From: an uncultured Salinisphaerales bacterium
GTDB lineage: Bacteria > Pseudomonadota > Gammaproteobacteria > Nevskiales > Nevskiaceae
NCBI GenBank assembly: GCA_964644715.1
Contig: CAZXXM010000001.1
Span: 1-43,546 of the forward strand
DNA: 43,546 nucleotides
Direction of reading: 5' to 3'
This document shows positions 43,384-43,546 of the stretch, one piece after another. The notes beneath the pieces are model-generated. The model was given only the letters and a program-made list of their open reading frames with translations. It did no database searches and had not been told where the DNA came from. Both the position numbers and the translations under genes were made by a program. Each line of letters begins with the position of its first letter. The first letter of the stretch is position 1.

Positions 43384-43546
43384 ATGACCCGCAAGCTGCT
43401 GTCCTTGGGCGCTCTCGCCCTGCTGTTCGGCTGTGCCGCCGAACCGCCGACCGTACCTGGCACCGAGACTGGCCCCTTGCTCGCCGTGGCCGGCAAGGGG
43501 TTCGACGAATTCGGCTACAACCGGACCGCCCGGATCTTCAACGGCG
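43384..43546 (+). CDS. 5' part of a host-like lipoprotein
   Basis: AAGGAG RBS; MTRKLLSLGALALLFGC lipobox; runs off the window. Confidence 0.7.
   Translation, partial: MTRKLLSLGALALLFGCAAEPPTVPGTETGPLLAVAGKGFDEFGYNRTARIFNG

Noticed and set aside
42891-43496. 201-aa minus ORF and 199-aa plus ORF (42762-43361) crossing 43076
   Set aside because: Both are chimeras across the phage/non-phage branch point; each half has a better explanation.

Overview
Near-complete or complete temperate siphovirus genome (HK97-type head, lambda-like genetic switch, GC-rich, probably infecting a Gram-negative proteobacterium). Bases 1-55 recur exactly at 43022-43076 and a coherent gene reads across that join, so 1-43021 behaves as a 43,021-bp circle. 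The last ~470 bp look like non-phage or host sequence. The minus strand from 6941 carries cro, cII, a replication initiator with iterons, a tyrosine recombinase and an accessory region (sulfotransferase-like gene, Acb2 anti-CBASS sponge, many small ORFs). It then continues across the join into a Q-like gene, a late promoter, and packaging, head, tail and lysis genes. The plus strand carries cI, a lipoprotein, the PL operon (HNH, HerA-like ATPase), a large serine recombinase whose 3' end contains a tRNA-fMet-like attP core, and a HicA-like toxin-antitoxin pair. The most unusual elements are two unrelated recombinases, a holin-like/prepilin-motif/lipoprotein fusion in the lysis module, a highly structured late leader, tandem tail-tube paralogues and a likely CTG start for terS. 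All family calls come from motif recognition by eye; no database searches were run.
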